NCBI GenBank assembly: GCA_965203055.1
Contig: OZ241863.1
Coordinates: forward strand, 512,001 to 576,000
Reading direction: 5' to 3'
Source: Spirochaetia bacterium
GTDB taxonomy: Bacteria; Spirochaetota; Spirochaetia; SZUA-6; Bin103
Length of the DNA stretch: 64,000 nt
Made by a program: the position numbers and the translations under genes. The notes beneath the pieces are model-generated. The model was not told the origin of the DNA and searched no databases. It saw only the letters and a program-made list of their open reading frames with translations. This document shows, piece by piece, positions 1 to 10,310 of the stretch. The number at the start of each line of letters is the position of its first letter. Position 1 is the stretch's first letter.

Positions 1-158
1 AAGCCGCAGCCGTCCAGGCGCGCGGCCGCTTCCAGCCGGTCACGGCGGCGCGCGCACAACGCCGTGATGCGCGCCGCGTCCGGCGCCCCGCGCAACTCCG
101 CCCGATACGGCGTACCGATATAGCCGGTCGCCCCGATCACTCCCGCGTGAAACAACAT
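1..158 (-). CDS. Gfo/Idh/MocA-like NAD(P)-dependent oxidoreductase, N-terminal part (runs off window)
   Basis: Manual translation from CAT at 156-158: MLFHAGVIGATGYIGTPYRAELRGAPDAARITALCARRRDRL; Rossmann GxxGxxG motif. Confidence 0.65.
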   Translation of the reverse strand, partial: MLFHAGVIGATGYIGTPYRAELRGAPDAARITALCARRRDRLEAAARLDGCG

Positions 159-212
159 ACCGCGGCCTATCCTTACCCGAATCGGCGCCCCGCCGCCAGC
201 GCCGGATTGCCA

Positions 213-286
213 TGCTATTGTGGCCTCACGCAACGCCGGCCCGCCGGCTCGGCGTTGCGTATCAGCCGCTGAATTGTGGAGGTGAT
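213..286 (+). promoter_or_regulatory. Putative BREX operon leader: extended -10, stem-loop and SD
   Basis: TGCTATTGT at 213-221; 11-bp inverted repeat ACGCAACGCCG (228-238) / CGGCGTTGCGT (250-260); GGAGGTGAT at 278-286 before ATG 295. Confidence 0.45.
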
Positions 287-294
287 CCCCTGAT

Positions 295-792
295 ATGCGC
301 GAGGCCGGCTCAAGCGCTCCGGCTGACGACCCCGTTGCCGCGATCCTGTCCCGGATCGAAGCAGCCGAGGGCTGGTATCACCGGCTGATCCTGGTGGCCG
401 GCGCCGGCGGGTCAGGGAAGAGCGCGGCGCTGCGGGCGGTCGCGCAGGCCACCGGCGCGCCGGTGCTGAATCTCAACCTGGAGCTGTCCCGCCGGCTGCT
501 GGAGCTCACCGCGCGGCAGCGCGTGCTGCGGTTGCCCGGCCTGCTGGACGAGCTGATCCCGGGCGACCGCTCGCCGGTCCTGCTGGACAACACCGAGCTG
601 CTGTTCGAGCCGGCCCTGCGGACCGACCCCCTGAAGTTGCTGCAAGGCGCGGCGCGCAACCGCACGGTGGTGGCGGCCTGGAACGGCGCGCTGGCCGGCG
701 GCTGGCTGACCTGCGCTGAACCCGGCCATCCCGAGTACCGCCGCTACCGGCAGGACGGTCTGGTAATCGTCTCCCTGGGGACGGTACCGTAA
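295..792 (+). CDS. brxF: BREX type 3 P-loop protein BrxF
   Basis: 165 aa, Walker [35 protein letters not shown]; first gene of a BREX-3 gene order. Confidence 0.9.
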   Translation: MREAGSSAPADDPVAAILSRIEAAEGWYHRLILVAGAGGSGKSAALRAVAQATGAPVLNLNLELSRRLLELTARQRVLRLPGLLDELIPGDRSPVLLDNTELLFEPALRTDPLKLLQGAARNRTVVAAWNGALAGGWLTCAEPGHPEYRRYRQDGLVIVSLGTVP

Positions 793-808
793 AGGTGGAC
801 GACCCACG

Positions 809-3800
809 ATGACCTATCGCGACGTGATCCGGTTCGAGCCGATCGAGACCGTGGTGCAGTTGCGCGACGCCGACCACGAATCGGCCGCCCGCGCGCTGGT
901 TGCCACCTACGTGGTGAGCGACGAGATGGCGGAGAAGCTGACCGCCGTCCTGATCCCGCAGCTTCGGTTCGACCGCCCGGCCGACCACAAGGGCTTCCTG
1001 GTGGTGGGCAACTACGGCACCGGCAAGTCGCACCTGATGTCGGTGATTTCCGCGGTGGCCGAGCGCGGCGAGCTGCGCGACGCGCTCACCAACCGGGAGG
1101 TGGCCGCCGCGGCGCGTCCGATCGCCGGTCGGTTCAAGGTCGCCCGCACCGAGCTGGGCGCCACCACGATGGACTTCCGCGCCTTCGTCTGCTCGCAACT
1201 CGAAGAAGCGCTCGCCTCCTGGGGCGTCGCGTATCGGTTCCCCTCGCCTGACAAGATCCCGAACCACAAGGGGGCGTTCGAGGAGCTGATGGCGGCGTTC
1301 CACCGGCAGTACCCCGATCACGGGCTGCTGCTGGTGGTGGACGAGCTGCTCGACTACCTGAAGAGCCGCCGGGACCAGGAGCTGGTCCTCGACCTGAACT
1401 TCCTGCGCGAGGTGGGCGAAGTCTGCAAGGACCTCCGCTTCCGCTTCGTGGCCGGCGTGCAGGAGGCGATCTTCGACAGCCACCGCTTCGCCCACGCGGC
1501 GGACAGTCTGCGGCGCGTCCGGGATCGCTTCGATCAGCTCCTCATCGCCCGCGCTGACGTGAAGTACGTGGTCGCCGAACGGCTGCTCAAGAAGAATGGC
1601 CACCAGCAGGCGCAGATCCGCGGCTACCTGACGCCGTTCACCCGGTTCTACGGGAACATGAACGAGCGCCTGGACGAGTTCGTACGGCTGTTCCCGGTCC
1701 ATCCCGACTTCATCGACACCTTCGAGCGGATCACTTCGATCGAGAAGCGCGAGGTGCTGAAGGCGCTCTCCATCGCCATGAAGGCGAGTATCGACGAGGA
1801 GCTTCCATCCGACCGACCGGGACTGATCGCCTGGGACGCCTATTGGCGCACGCTGCGCGAGAACCCGGTGTTCCGCGCCGACCCCGACATCAAGGAGGTG
1901 ATCGATTGCAGCCAGGTGCTGGAGGCGCGCATCCGGCAGGCGTTCACCCGCCCGGCCTATCGGCCGCTGGCGCTGCGGATCATCCGCGGCCTGTCGGTGC
2001 ACCGCCTGACGCACCAGGACATCCACGCGCCGCTCGGCGCCACCGCGGCGGAGCTGCGCGACGGCCTGTGCCTCTACCAGCCGGGCATCGAGGACCTGGG
2101 CGGCGAGCCGGCCGACGATCTGCTCACCCAGGTGGAGACCGTGCTGCGCGAGATCCGGCGCACGGTCAGCGGCCAGTTCATCTCGGCCAGTCCCGACAAC
2201 GGCCAGCACTATCTCGACCTCAAGAAGACCGACGATTACGACGCCCTGATCGAGAAGCGCGCCGAGACCCTCGACGATGAGCAGCTCGACCGCTACTACT
2301 ACGCGGCGCTCAAGCGCGTGCTGGAGTGCACCGACGAGACCTACGTCAGCGGCTACCGGATCTGGGAGCACGAACTGGAGTGGCGCGAGCGCCGCGCCGC
2401 GCGGCGCGGCTACCTGTTCTTCGGGGCGCCCAACGAGCGCTCCACCGCGGTCCCGCCGCGGGATTTCTACCTGTACTTCATCCAGCCGCATGACCTGCCG
2501 CGCTATCGGGACCAGCAGCGCCCGGACGAGGTGTCGTTTCGGCTCACCGGTCAGGACGATGCCCTCCGGCACGCGCTCAGGAGTTGCGCGGCGGCCCTCG
2601 ACTTGGCGTCCCGCGCGTCCGGACACGCGAAGGAGGCGTACCAGGGGAAAGCGGACGGCTTCCTGCGGCACCTGACGAACTGGCTGCAGGAACGGATGAG
2701 CGCGGCGTTCGAGGTCACCTGCCGGGGACGGACCAAGTCCCTCATGGGGTGGGTCAAGGGGGTCCGGGGCGCGCTGACCGGAACCGGCGCGCGGGCCAAC
2801 GTGCGCGACTTGGTGAACGCCGTGGGGTCCGCGGCCCTGGCCGCCCACTTCGAGAACGAGGCGCCGGAGTATCCCGCCTTCGCGGACTACCACACCACGG
2901 CGAGCCGGCCGCAGGCGGTGGGCGGCGCGCTGCGGTGGATCGCCGGGGCCGGCACCAGCGCCGGCGCCGCGAAGACGCGGCAAGGAGCGAAGGTCCTCGA
3001 CGCCCTGGAGCTGCTTGACGGGGAACGGCTCGACCCCGGCCGCTCGCGGTACGCCCGGCACGTCGTCGAGCTGCTGCGCGGCAAGGGGCTGGGGCAGGTC
3101 CTGAACCGGGCGGAGCTGATCCACACGGTTCGGGACGTCGAGTACCTGGCCCCGGGGAGATACCGGCTGGAGCCGGAGTGGGTGGTCGTGCTGCTGGCCG
3201 CCCTGGTCTACTCCGGCGACCTGGTGCTGGCCATTCGCGGCAAGAAGATCGACGCGACCGACCTTGCGGGGCTGGCGGCCGCGCCGCTCGATGAGCTGGT
3301 CGACTTCAAGCACGTCGAACGCCCCAAGGAGTGGAACATCCCGGCGCTGCGCGCCGTATTCGAGCTGCTGGAGCTGACGCCGGGCATGGCGCAGCTCGTG
3401 GCGCAGGGCAAGGAGGAACCGGTGCAGGAGCTGCAGAAAGCCGTCACGGCCTGGGTGAACCGGCTGGTGACCGCGCAGCAGGCGCTGCGCGAGGGGGTGT
3501 ACTTCTGGGGACGGAACCTGCTCGACGAGCCGGCCGGCGGCCGCGACCCGCGCGGCGCGCTGGATGCCGCGAAGACGTTTCTCGAATCGCTGCAGCCGTT
3601 CTCAACCCCCGGCCGACTCAAGAACTTCCGGTACGAGGCGCACGACGTAGAGCGGCACCGGGCCGGCATGGAGGCCGTGCGCGAGGTGGAGTCCCTGCAG
3701 GAGTTGGCGGCGGCGCTGGGCGGCGCGGCGGCCTATCTGTCCGCGGCGGAGGCGATGCTGCCGAGCGGCGATGCGTGGACTGCGCGGATGAAGGACGGGC

Positions 3801-4552
3801 GGACGGCAGTCCTGGAACGGGTCGCCGATCCGGCGGCGCGGGCGCGGCCCGGGTTCCGGTCGGAGACGCAACGGGGGCTCGCGGAGCTCAAGGCGCGGTA
3901 TGTCCGCGCCTACCTCGACCTGCACGCGCGCGCCCGGCTCGGCGTCGACGACGACGCGCGCAAGCGCCGGCTCCTTACCGGCGCCCGCCTGCAGCAGGCC
4001 GCCGCGCTGGCGGCCATCGACCTGCTGCCCCGGCAGCGCCTGACCGACTTTCAGAACCGTCTGGCCGGCGTGCGGACCTGCTACGAACTTACCGAACAGA
4101 ACCTCGCCGCCGCCGCCGAATGTCCGCACTGCGGCTTCCGGCCGGCGGCCGAACCGACCCCGGCGCCCGCCGGCAAGGTGCTCTCGGCCCTCGACGACGA
4201 GCTCGACGCCATCCTCGCCGATTGGACCGCAGCGCTGCTCACCAACCTGGACGACCCCACTATCAAGGATCAGTTGGCACTGCTACGGCCGGGTCAGCGG
4301 GCGATGGTGCAGGAGTTCATCGCCTCCCGAACGTTGCCTGAGAAACTTGGCCACGATTTCATCGCCGCACTCCGCGACGCCCTCTCCGGCCTGACCAAGG
4401 TCACCGTGACCACAGCGGCGTTGCGCGCCGCGCTCGTCGCCGCCGGCTCCCCGGCTACCATCGACGACCTGAAGGACCAGTTCTCCGCCTACGTCGACCG
4501 GCAGGCGCGGGGGCACGACCCCGCCAAGGTCCGCATCGTCCTGGAAGAGTGA
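809..4552 (+). CDS. brxC: BREX type 3 ATPase BrxC/PglY (DUF6079 family)
   Basis: 1247 aa, Walker [10 protein letters not shown], Walker B LLLVVDE, C-terminal CPHC; follows brxF. Confidence 0.9.
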   Translation: MTYRDVIRFEPIETVVQLRDADHESAARALVATYVVSDEMAEKLTAVLIPQLRFDRPADHKGFLVVGNYGTGKSHLMSVISAVAERGELRDALTNREVAAAARPIAGRFKVARTELGATTMDFRAFVCSQLEEALASWGVAYRFPSPDKIPNHKGAFEELMAAFHRQYPDHGLLLVVDELLDYLKSRRDQELVLDLNFLREVGEVCKDLRFRFVAGVQEAIFDSHRFAHAADSLRRVRDRFDQLLIARADVKYVVAERLLKKNGHQQAQIRGYLTPFTRFYGNMNERLDEFVRLFPVHPDFIDTFERITSIEKREVLKALSIAMKASIDEELPSDRPGLIAWDAYWRTLRENPVFRADPDIKEVIDCSQVLEARIRQAFTRPAYRPLALRIIRGLSVHRLTHQDIHAPLGATAAELRDGLCLYQPGIEDLGGEPADDLLTQVETVLREIRRTVSGQFISASPDNGQHYLDLKKTDDYDALIEKRAETLDDEQLDRYYYAALKRVLECTDETYVSGYRIWEHELEWRERRAARRGYLFFGAPNERSTAVPPRDFYLYFIQPHDLPRYRDQQRPDEVSFRLTGQDDALRHALRSCAAALDLASRASGHAKEAYQGKADGFLRHLTNWLQERMSAAFEVTCRGRTKSLMGWVKGVRGALTGTGARANVRDLVNAVGSAALAAHFENEAPEYPAFADYHTTASRPQAVGGALRWIAGAGTSAGAAKTRQGAKVLDALELLDGERLDPGRSRYARHVVELLRGKGLGQVLNRAELIHTVRDVEYLAPGRYRLEPEWVVVLLAALVYSGDLVLAIRGKKIDATDLAGLAAAPLDELVDFKHVERPKEWNIPALRAVFELLELTPGMAQLVAQGKEEPVQELQKAVTAWVNRLVTAQQALREGVYFWGRNLLDEPAGGRDPRGALDAAKTFLESLQPFSTPGRLKNFRYEAHDVERHRAGMEAVREVESLQELAAALGGAAAYLSAAEAMLPSGDAWTARMKDGRTAVLERVADPAARARPGFRSETQRGLAELKARYVRAYLDLHARARLGVDDDARKRRLLTGARLQQAAALAAIDLLPRQRLTDFQNRLAGVRTCYELTEQNLAAAAECPHCGFRPAAEPTPAPAGKVLSALDDELDAILADWTAALLTNLDDPTIKDQLALLRPGQRAMVQEFIASRTLPEKLGHDFIAALRDALSGLTKVTVTTAALRAALVAAGSPATIDDLKDQFSAYVDRQARGHDPAKVRIVLEE

Positions 4553-4560
4553 GGTCCTAT

Positions 4561-5517
4561 ATGGCCGAAACCGATGCCCATGAAATCCCCCGCATGTACG
4601 CGGTCACCGGACTGCGCGATTTCTTCCGCTATCATCGCGACGTCTACGTCTCCGGCAACCTGCTGATCTACTACGAGGAGGGCAACGTCAATGCCGCGGT
4701 AGCTCCCGACGTGTTCGTCGTGTTCGGGGTGCCGAACCGCCCCCGGCCGATCTACAATCTGTGGGAGGAGGGCAAGAGTCCCGACTTCGTGTTGGAGATT
4801 ACCTCGCGCCACACTCGGAACGAGGACCACGGGCCGAAGCGGGAGCTGTACCAGTGGCTGGGCGTGCAGGAGTACTGGCAGTACGATCCGACGGAAGGCT
4901 ACCCGGAGCCGCGGTTGCGTGGTATGCGTCTGGTGGATGGGAGGTACGAGGCGCTGGCGGCGACCACCGTTTGGGGGAGGTCTCTGTTTGTGTACAGCGC
5001 GGTGCTAGGGCTGGAACTACGGGTAATGGAAGGGGATCTGCGTTTTCACGACCCCCGGACGGAACACACTATATTGACTCTCACCGAGAGCGACGAGGAG
5101 CTGATGCGGGAACTAGTGGACCGGGGGTGGCAGAACCAAGAGCAGTTGCAGGTAAAGGAGGCGTGGCAGCAGGAACAACTGGCGCGGCAGCAGGCGGAAC
5201 AGGCATGGCAGGGAGTAGAGCAGGCGTGGCAGCAGGAGCAACTGGCACGGCAGCAGGCGGAACAGGAGCGGCAGCAGGCGGAACAGGAGCGGCAGCAGGA
5301 ACGACTGGGGCGGCAGCGGGCGGAACGAGAGCGGCAGCAGGCAGAAGACGCGCGCCATGCGGCAGAAGCGCAGGTGGCGGAGCTGCAGGCATGCTGGCGC
5401 GGCGCCACGAACCCGGCGCCGACTCCGGTCCCAGAGGGTAAACGCCCTGCGGCCACCGACTGCCTCCTTGCAAGACGCTGCCGCGGACCGCTCGACGGCG
5501 AGCTGCGGGAACCGTAG
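4561..5517 (+). CDS. Uma2 family PD-(D/E)XK endonuclease with repetitive coiled-coil tail (possible late frameshift)
   Basis: VAPDVFVVFGV, PDFVLEITS, LGVQEYWQYDP motifs; QQAEQER heptad tail. Confidence 0.85.
   Translation: MAETDAHEIPRMYAVTGLRDFFRYHRDVYVSGNLLIYYEEGNVNAAVAPDVFVVFGVPNRPRPIYNLWEEGKSPDFVLEITSRHTRNEDHGPKRELYQWLGVQEYWQYDPTEGYPEPRLRGMRLVDGRYEALAATTVWGRSLFVYSAVLGLELRVMEGDLRFHDPRTEHTILTLTESDEELMRELVDRGWQNQEQLQVKEAWQQEQLARQQAEQAWQGVEQAWQQEQLARQQAEQERQQAEQERQQERLGRQRAERERQQAEDARHAAEAQVAELQACWRGATNPAPTPVPEGKRPAATDCLLARRCRGPLDGELREP
5161..5345 (+). repeat. Degenerate 21-bp coding tandem repeats (CAGCAGGCGGAACAGGAGCGG-like)
   Basis: Repeated QQAEQER / QQEQLAR heptads in the Uma2 C-terminus. 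Confidence 0.8.
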
Positions 5518-5890
5518 GGCGAGGCCGACCGGTACGCGCTTGCCGAACAGCTCAGCCGAGCGGTGCCCCCGGGCAGCTTGGTCACTCGTCGAATGACCAA
5601 GCCAGCCGGCCGCACGTCAGGTTGGTCACTCCTCGGCTGACCAACCTGACCGCTGATCAGCGGCGGATCGTCGCCTTGTGCGAGGTGCGCCGGAATCACG
5701 CGCGTTCCTCATGTAGGAGACCGGACTTTCTCGGCGATCATCTCGTTGCCGCGCGCCGCGATCTGATCGACGCACTGGCACCGTACGTTCTTTCGACGCA
5801 AGCGTTTGGACCCGCTCGTCCAGGCCGGCCTGATCCGCGCGACGAAGCCCGGACGAGCCGCGCCACCCGGACCAAGTGCCTGAGCGCCTG
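5490..5890 (+). pseudogene. Degraded C-terminal region of an HTH-domain regulator (Fic-C-terminal-like winged HTH)
   Basis: Frameshifted fragments LVTPRLTNLTADQRRIVALCEV, LM*ETGLS and HRTFFRRKRLDPLVQAGLIRATKP / DEPRHPDQ (5779-5875). Confidence 0.55.
5576..5650. repeat. Two adjacent palindromes with core TTGGTCA-N9-TGACCAA
   Basis: GCTTGGTCA/TGACCAAGC (5576-5602) and a perfect 13-bp GTCAGGTTGGTCA/TGACCAACCTGAC (5616-5650), both with 9-nt spacers beginning CTC. Confidence 0.85.
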
Positions 5891-6094
5891 GCGGTCCGCT
5901 GCCGCCGCACGGACGATGCATGAAACGGCGGCCGACGAGGTTGGTCACTCCTGGCTCCCGGCTTGGTCACACGCGCGGTCGTCTGGGCGTGAGGACCGCC
6001 GATCCGTCGCAGGCGGGCGCCGTGGGGAATCGATTCGTCAGCCGTGACCGCCGCGCGTTGAAGCGCCGCAGACGGCCGGCCCGTTATAGGGGGC

Positions 6095-7147
6095 ATGGCC
6101 ATCCATCAGCCCCACGACCGTCTGTTCAAGCGCGTGTTCGGCGCCCCGGCGGAAGCCGCGTCATTCCTGCAAGCCAGGCTGCCCGCGCGGCTCAGCCGCT
6201 CCCTGCGCTGGCCCACGCTCAAGCGGCTCCCCGCTTCGTTCGTTGCCCCGGACCTCCGCGGCACCGCTTCCGACCTGCTGTTCGAGATCGGTTACGCCGC
6301 ACCCGGCGTCGCGCAGGCTCCGCTCTGGCTCTACCTGCTGTTCGAGCATCAGTCCACCCCGGACTACTGGCTGCGCCTGCGCCTGCTGGCCTACTGCTGC
6401 CGCATCTGGGAGCACGACCGCCAAGTCCACAAGGATGCCGGCTACCTGCGCCCGATCCTGCCGCTGGTGTTCTACCAGGGTCCCACCGGCTGGCAGCACT
6501 CCCCGCAGTTCGCGGACCTGTTCCCGGCCGCAACGCGGGACTGGCCATGGCTGCCGCGGTTCGAGCACGTGCTGTTCGACCAGACTCAGATGTCGCCGGC
6601 GCAGGCGGCCGGCAGCGTCCGGGCACGGTTGCTGCAACTGACGATGATGCACGCCTTCAGCCGCGCGATGCGGGAGGCGCGGGCGCGGATGCGGGCGCTG
6701 CTGGACGACTTGGAGCGGGAAGGAAGCGGCGGGCAGGACGACATGAAGATGTTCATGCACTATATCGCGGAGACGGGGCCTGAAGACACGCCCGAGGCGA
6801 TGGGCGATATACTGAGCCACACGGCGGCAGGAGGGGAGTTGATGACGAGCGGCGAGCGGCTGCGCCAGGAAGGGCGCGACCAGATGCGCGACCAGATGCG
6901 TAACGAGATGCGAGCGGTTGCCGAACAGCGGCACCGCGAGGGCCGGAGCGAGGGCCGGAGCGAGGGGCGACTCGAGGGCCGTCTGGAAGGCCAGCGCGAG
7001 GGGCGGCTGGAGACGATCGACGGTCTCCTGAGGACCGGCGTCGACTGGTCGTTGATCGAGCGGGCGACCGGGATCGGCGAGCAGGAGTATCAGAAGCTCA
7101 GGAGCCAACCCAACGGCGCGGCCGCGGCCGGCGGCGACGGGACCTGA
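6095..7147 (+). CDS. Rpn family recombination-promoting nuclease / putative transposase (PD-(D/E)XK)
   Basis: HQPHDRLFKRVF, SDLLF, LYLLFEHQS, PILPLVFYQG; EGRxEGR repeats at the C-terminus. Confidence 0.9.
   Translation: MAIHQPHDRLFKRVFGAPAEAASFLQARLPARLSRSLRWPTLKRLPASFVAPDLRGTASDLLFEIGYAAPGVAQAPLWLYLLFEHQSTPDYWLRLRLLAYCCRIWEHDRQVHKDAGYLRPILPLVFYQGPTGWQHSPQFADLFPAATRDWPWLPRFEHVLFDQTQMSPAQAAGSVRARLLQLTMMHAFSRAMREARARMRALLDDLEREGSGGQDDMKMFMHYIAETGPEDTPEAMGDILSHTAAGGELMTSGERLRQEGRDQMRDQMRNEMRAVAEQRHREGRSEGRSEGRLEGRLEGQREGRLETIDGLLRTGVDWSLIERATGIGEQEYQKLRSQPNGAAAAGGDGT
6842..7147 (+). CDS. Putative intragenic small Rpn (RpnS-type antitoxin), in frame with rpn
   Basis: GGAGGGGAG SD just upstream of in-frame ATG 6842, encoding MTSGERLRQEG. 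Confidence 0.6.
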   Translation: MTSGERLRQEGRDQMRDQMRNEMRAVAEQRHREGRSEGRSEGRLEGRLEGQREGRLETIDGLLRTGVDWSLIERATGIGEQEYQKLRSQPNGAAAAGGDGT

Positions 7148-7198
7148 CGACGCACCCAAAGGAGACCGGTCACCCGCCGTTCGCCGGGAGCGGCCGGC

Positions 7199-9085
7199 AT
7201 GGCTGAGCGAGACGACGGCTCCCAGAACAAGCTCTTCCGGACCGAGGTCGTTCCCGGTACGGCCGGCAGCGGACGCCTGTTCGACGAACAGGCGATGACG
7301 CCCGAACCGGTCGAGTGCCTGGGAATGACGTTCGCGTCCGGCGCCGCGCGGCGCGCGTACTTCATGGAGCGCCTGCGGGAACTGCTGCCGGAGCTGCGCA
7401 AGCGCCCCGACTTTCCCGCCGGCGATGACGAAGCCATCCTGCGGCTCTCCGATCCGCCCTGGTACACCGCCTGCCCCAACCCGTTCCTGGCCGACTTCGC
7501 GGCGCACTACGGCCGCCCCTACGACGCCGGCGAGCCGTATCACCGCGAGCCGTTCGCGGTCGACGTCAGCGAGGGCAAGACCGATCCGCTCTACCGCGCG
7601 CACGGCTACCACACCAAGGTGCCGCACCGGGCGATCGTGCCGTCGATCCTCCACTACACCAAGCCCGGCGACCTGGTGCTGGACGGGTTCTGCGGCTCGG
7701 GCATGACCGGCGTGGCCGCGCAGTGGTGCGGCACGGCGCCGGCCGAGTACCGGCGGAAGATCGAGCAACAGTGGCAGGCGGAAGGCCGCCCGGCGCCGGA
7801 GTGGGGTGGGCGCCGCGCGCTCCTGGGCGACCTGTCGCCGGCGGCGACCTTCATCGCCGCCAACTACAACACGCCGTTCGACGACGCCTTTGCCAAGGCG
7901 GCGCGGCAGCTCCTGGACGAGGTGGAAGCCGAGATCGGCTGGATGTACGAGACGCTGCATACCGACGGCAGGACGAAGGGCCGGATCAACTACACGGTAT
8001 GGAGCGAAGTGTTCTCGTGCCCGGAATGCGCCGGCGAAGTCGTGTTCCTCGACGCCGCGCTCGCCGGCGACCGGCGGACTCGGCCCGAGTTCCCGTGCCC
8101 GCACTGCTCGGCAAAGTTGACCAAGCGCAGTCTGGAACGGTCGTTCGAGACGTTCGTCGACCACGTTTCAGGTGACACATGGAGTCGAATACGGCTGCGG
8201 CCGGTGGCGATCAACTACGCGGTCGGCGCGTCAACCTGCGAGAAGGTGCCGGACGCTGACGATCTGGCGATGCTCGACCGGGTCACCAGCCTCCGGCGGC
8301 CGCTCGAAGTGCCGGTGAACGCCTTTGCCATCGACGAGATGTACCACGGATCGCGGCTGGCGCCGAAGGGATTTACCCACGTCCACCGCATGTTTCTGCC
8401 GCGATCTGCCCACGCCTTGGGGGCGATGTGGCGGCGCGCTACGGCGTGCGGCGAGCCGCGACTGCGGAACATGCTGCTGTTCTTCGTCGAGCAGGCGATC
8501 TGGGGCATGTCCGTCCTGAACCGCTATGGCCCTACCCACTTCTCCCAAGTGAACCGCCAGTTGTCAGGCGTCTACTACGTCGGTTCACAGATCGCCGAAG
8601 TCTCACCCCGGTATATCCTGGACGGCAAACGCGCCCGTCTGAGCAAGGTCTTCGCAGCGACTCACCGCCGGCACGACGTGACTGTTTCGACCGCCGACTG
8701 CGCGGCGACGACCCTGCCGGACGACTCCATCGACTACGTCTTCACCGATCCCCCGTTCGGCGAGAACATCTACTACGCCGACCTCAACTATCTCGTCGAG
8801 TCCTGGCACCGCGTCCTCACCGCCAGCCGCCCGGAAGCGATCATCGACCGCGCCAAGGGCAAGACCATCACCGACTATCAACGCCTGATGCAGCGCTGCT
8901 TCGCCGAGTACTGCCGCGTCCTCAAGCCGGGCCGGTGGATGACCGTGGTCTTCCACAACTCCCGCAACGCCGTGTGGAACGCCATCCAGGAAGCGATGCT
9001 CGCCGCCGGCTTCGTAGTCGCTGGGCATCCACATGTACGACCGCGTATCCGCCGTACTCGCCGAGTTAATCGCGAACTCATATGA
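7199..9085 (+). pseudogene. pglXI: BREX-3 DNA methyltransferase PglXI, C-terminally truncated at ~9020
   Basis: Motif I VLDGFCGSGMTG, motif IV FTDPPF, CPEC/CPHC; after AGFVVA the frame runs into foreign sequence and stops. Confidence 0.75.
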
Positions 9086-9113
9086 CGCCGACGCGACCAA
9101 GGTCTCACGATGA
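9021..9113 (+). pseudogene. Remnant of a GHKL/MORC-type ATPase N-terminus
   Basis: Manual translation LGIHMYDRVSAVLAELIANSYDADATKVSR*; ELxxNxxDA is the GHKL N-box. Confidence 0.7.
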
Positions 9114-10218
9114 GATAGTGAAGGTGTACCGTACCCAGACAGATCAGCGGCTTGATCTTTTGGTAGCCACGCCACCGTGCCAAGGAATGAGTTCTTCGAA
9201 TCCAAGCCGCGGGAGGAGGAGTACGAATCAGGGTCGCAAGGAAGATCTCAACAAGCTGATCCTCGAGGTCATTCCCGCGGCGACACGGCTTGGTCCCCGA
9301 ATCATCGTTGCAGAGAACGTCCGTCCAATCTTGACTCTTGAGGTGAGTTGTGGCGAACGTCGCCAGAAAGTCATCGACCACCTGAGAGACGGTTTGCCTG
9401 AATACCATTTCTTTTCCGGGATCATAAACGTCGCAGACTATGGTATCCCGCAGGACCGTCGCCGAGCGGTTGTAGTGGGTATCCGGCGCGACGAGCCGGG
9501 GCTTGGTTCGATTTGCGGCGCAAACGTCGTCCCATGGCCGCGGAGGACACACGCGGAATTTCCAGAGAATGGTCAATGCCAGTGGACGACTATCCGGCAG
9601 TGGATGGATTACGTGGGGTACGAGACTCTGGACTCGGCGTCATCAGCGGAGTCAATAGGCCGACACCCATTGCATTACGTTCCGAACTATGCCAATAATC
9701 CGGACCGTTACTTGCAGATTAGTCAGATTCCGCCGTATTCTGGTCGGAGCGCGTATGAAAACGACACGTGCCCGACTTGTCGTAGTCAGCCAATTCGCGC
9801 CGGAGTAGTCAAGTGCATACGTGGACACGTCATGCGCAATCGCCCGTACGTTCGCACCGGGAAGAGATTCAGACTCGTGAAGGGATTTCGATCAAGCTAC
9901 CGAAGAATGGCTCCCGACCAACCCGCCCGAACGATCACTACGAACACCAGCCACGTTGGCAGTGACTTCAAGATTCATCCATGGGAGAACAGGGTCCTGA
10001 GCACTCTCGAGTGCTCCGATCTCCAGACCGTCCCACGGTTTTTTAACTGGTCAAGTGCCATCGACGCTCAACCTAGGAGTAAGCGATACTTGATTAGAAA
10101 CTTAATTGGCGAGGCATTTCCTCCGTATTTCACTTTTCTCCATGGTAAGGTACTTGCTGAAGCGCTTCAGAACTCTCACTTCGATGCCAAGCACTTCGCC
10201 CATGACGTACGGCAGTAA
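9082..10218 (+). pseudogene. C5 cytosine DNA methyltransferase lacking N-terminal motifs I-III
   Basis: TPPCQG (IV), AENV (VI), YGIPQDRRR (VIII), RVLSTLEC..LQT (IX), IGEAFPP (X); no FxGxG motif. Confidence 0.75.
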
Positions 10219-10310
10219 ATCGTCTGTCGGCCGAAGTGACCAAGCCGGATCTTACGCGAGACGGCTATCAGTCAGATGACGATCTGAGCATCGATTGGAT
10301 TGGACTCTGA

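Noticed and set aside
506..3313. 935-aa antisense ORF, and similar ones at 14795-17512, 35960-39166, 20454-22358 and 41617-43746
   Set aside because: They lie opposite well-supported genes, have no recognisable motifs, and are expected shadow ORFs in high-GC DNA.
5161..5970. Possible CRISPR array from the repeats and palindromes
   Set aside because: The 21-bp units are contiguous coding repeats without spacers; the palindromes are few, short and irregularly spaced; no cas genes.
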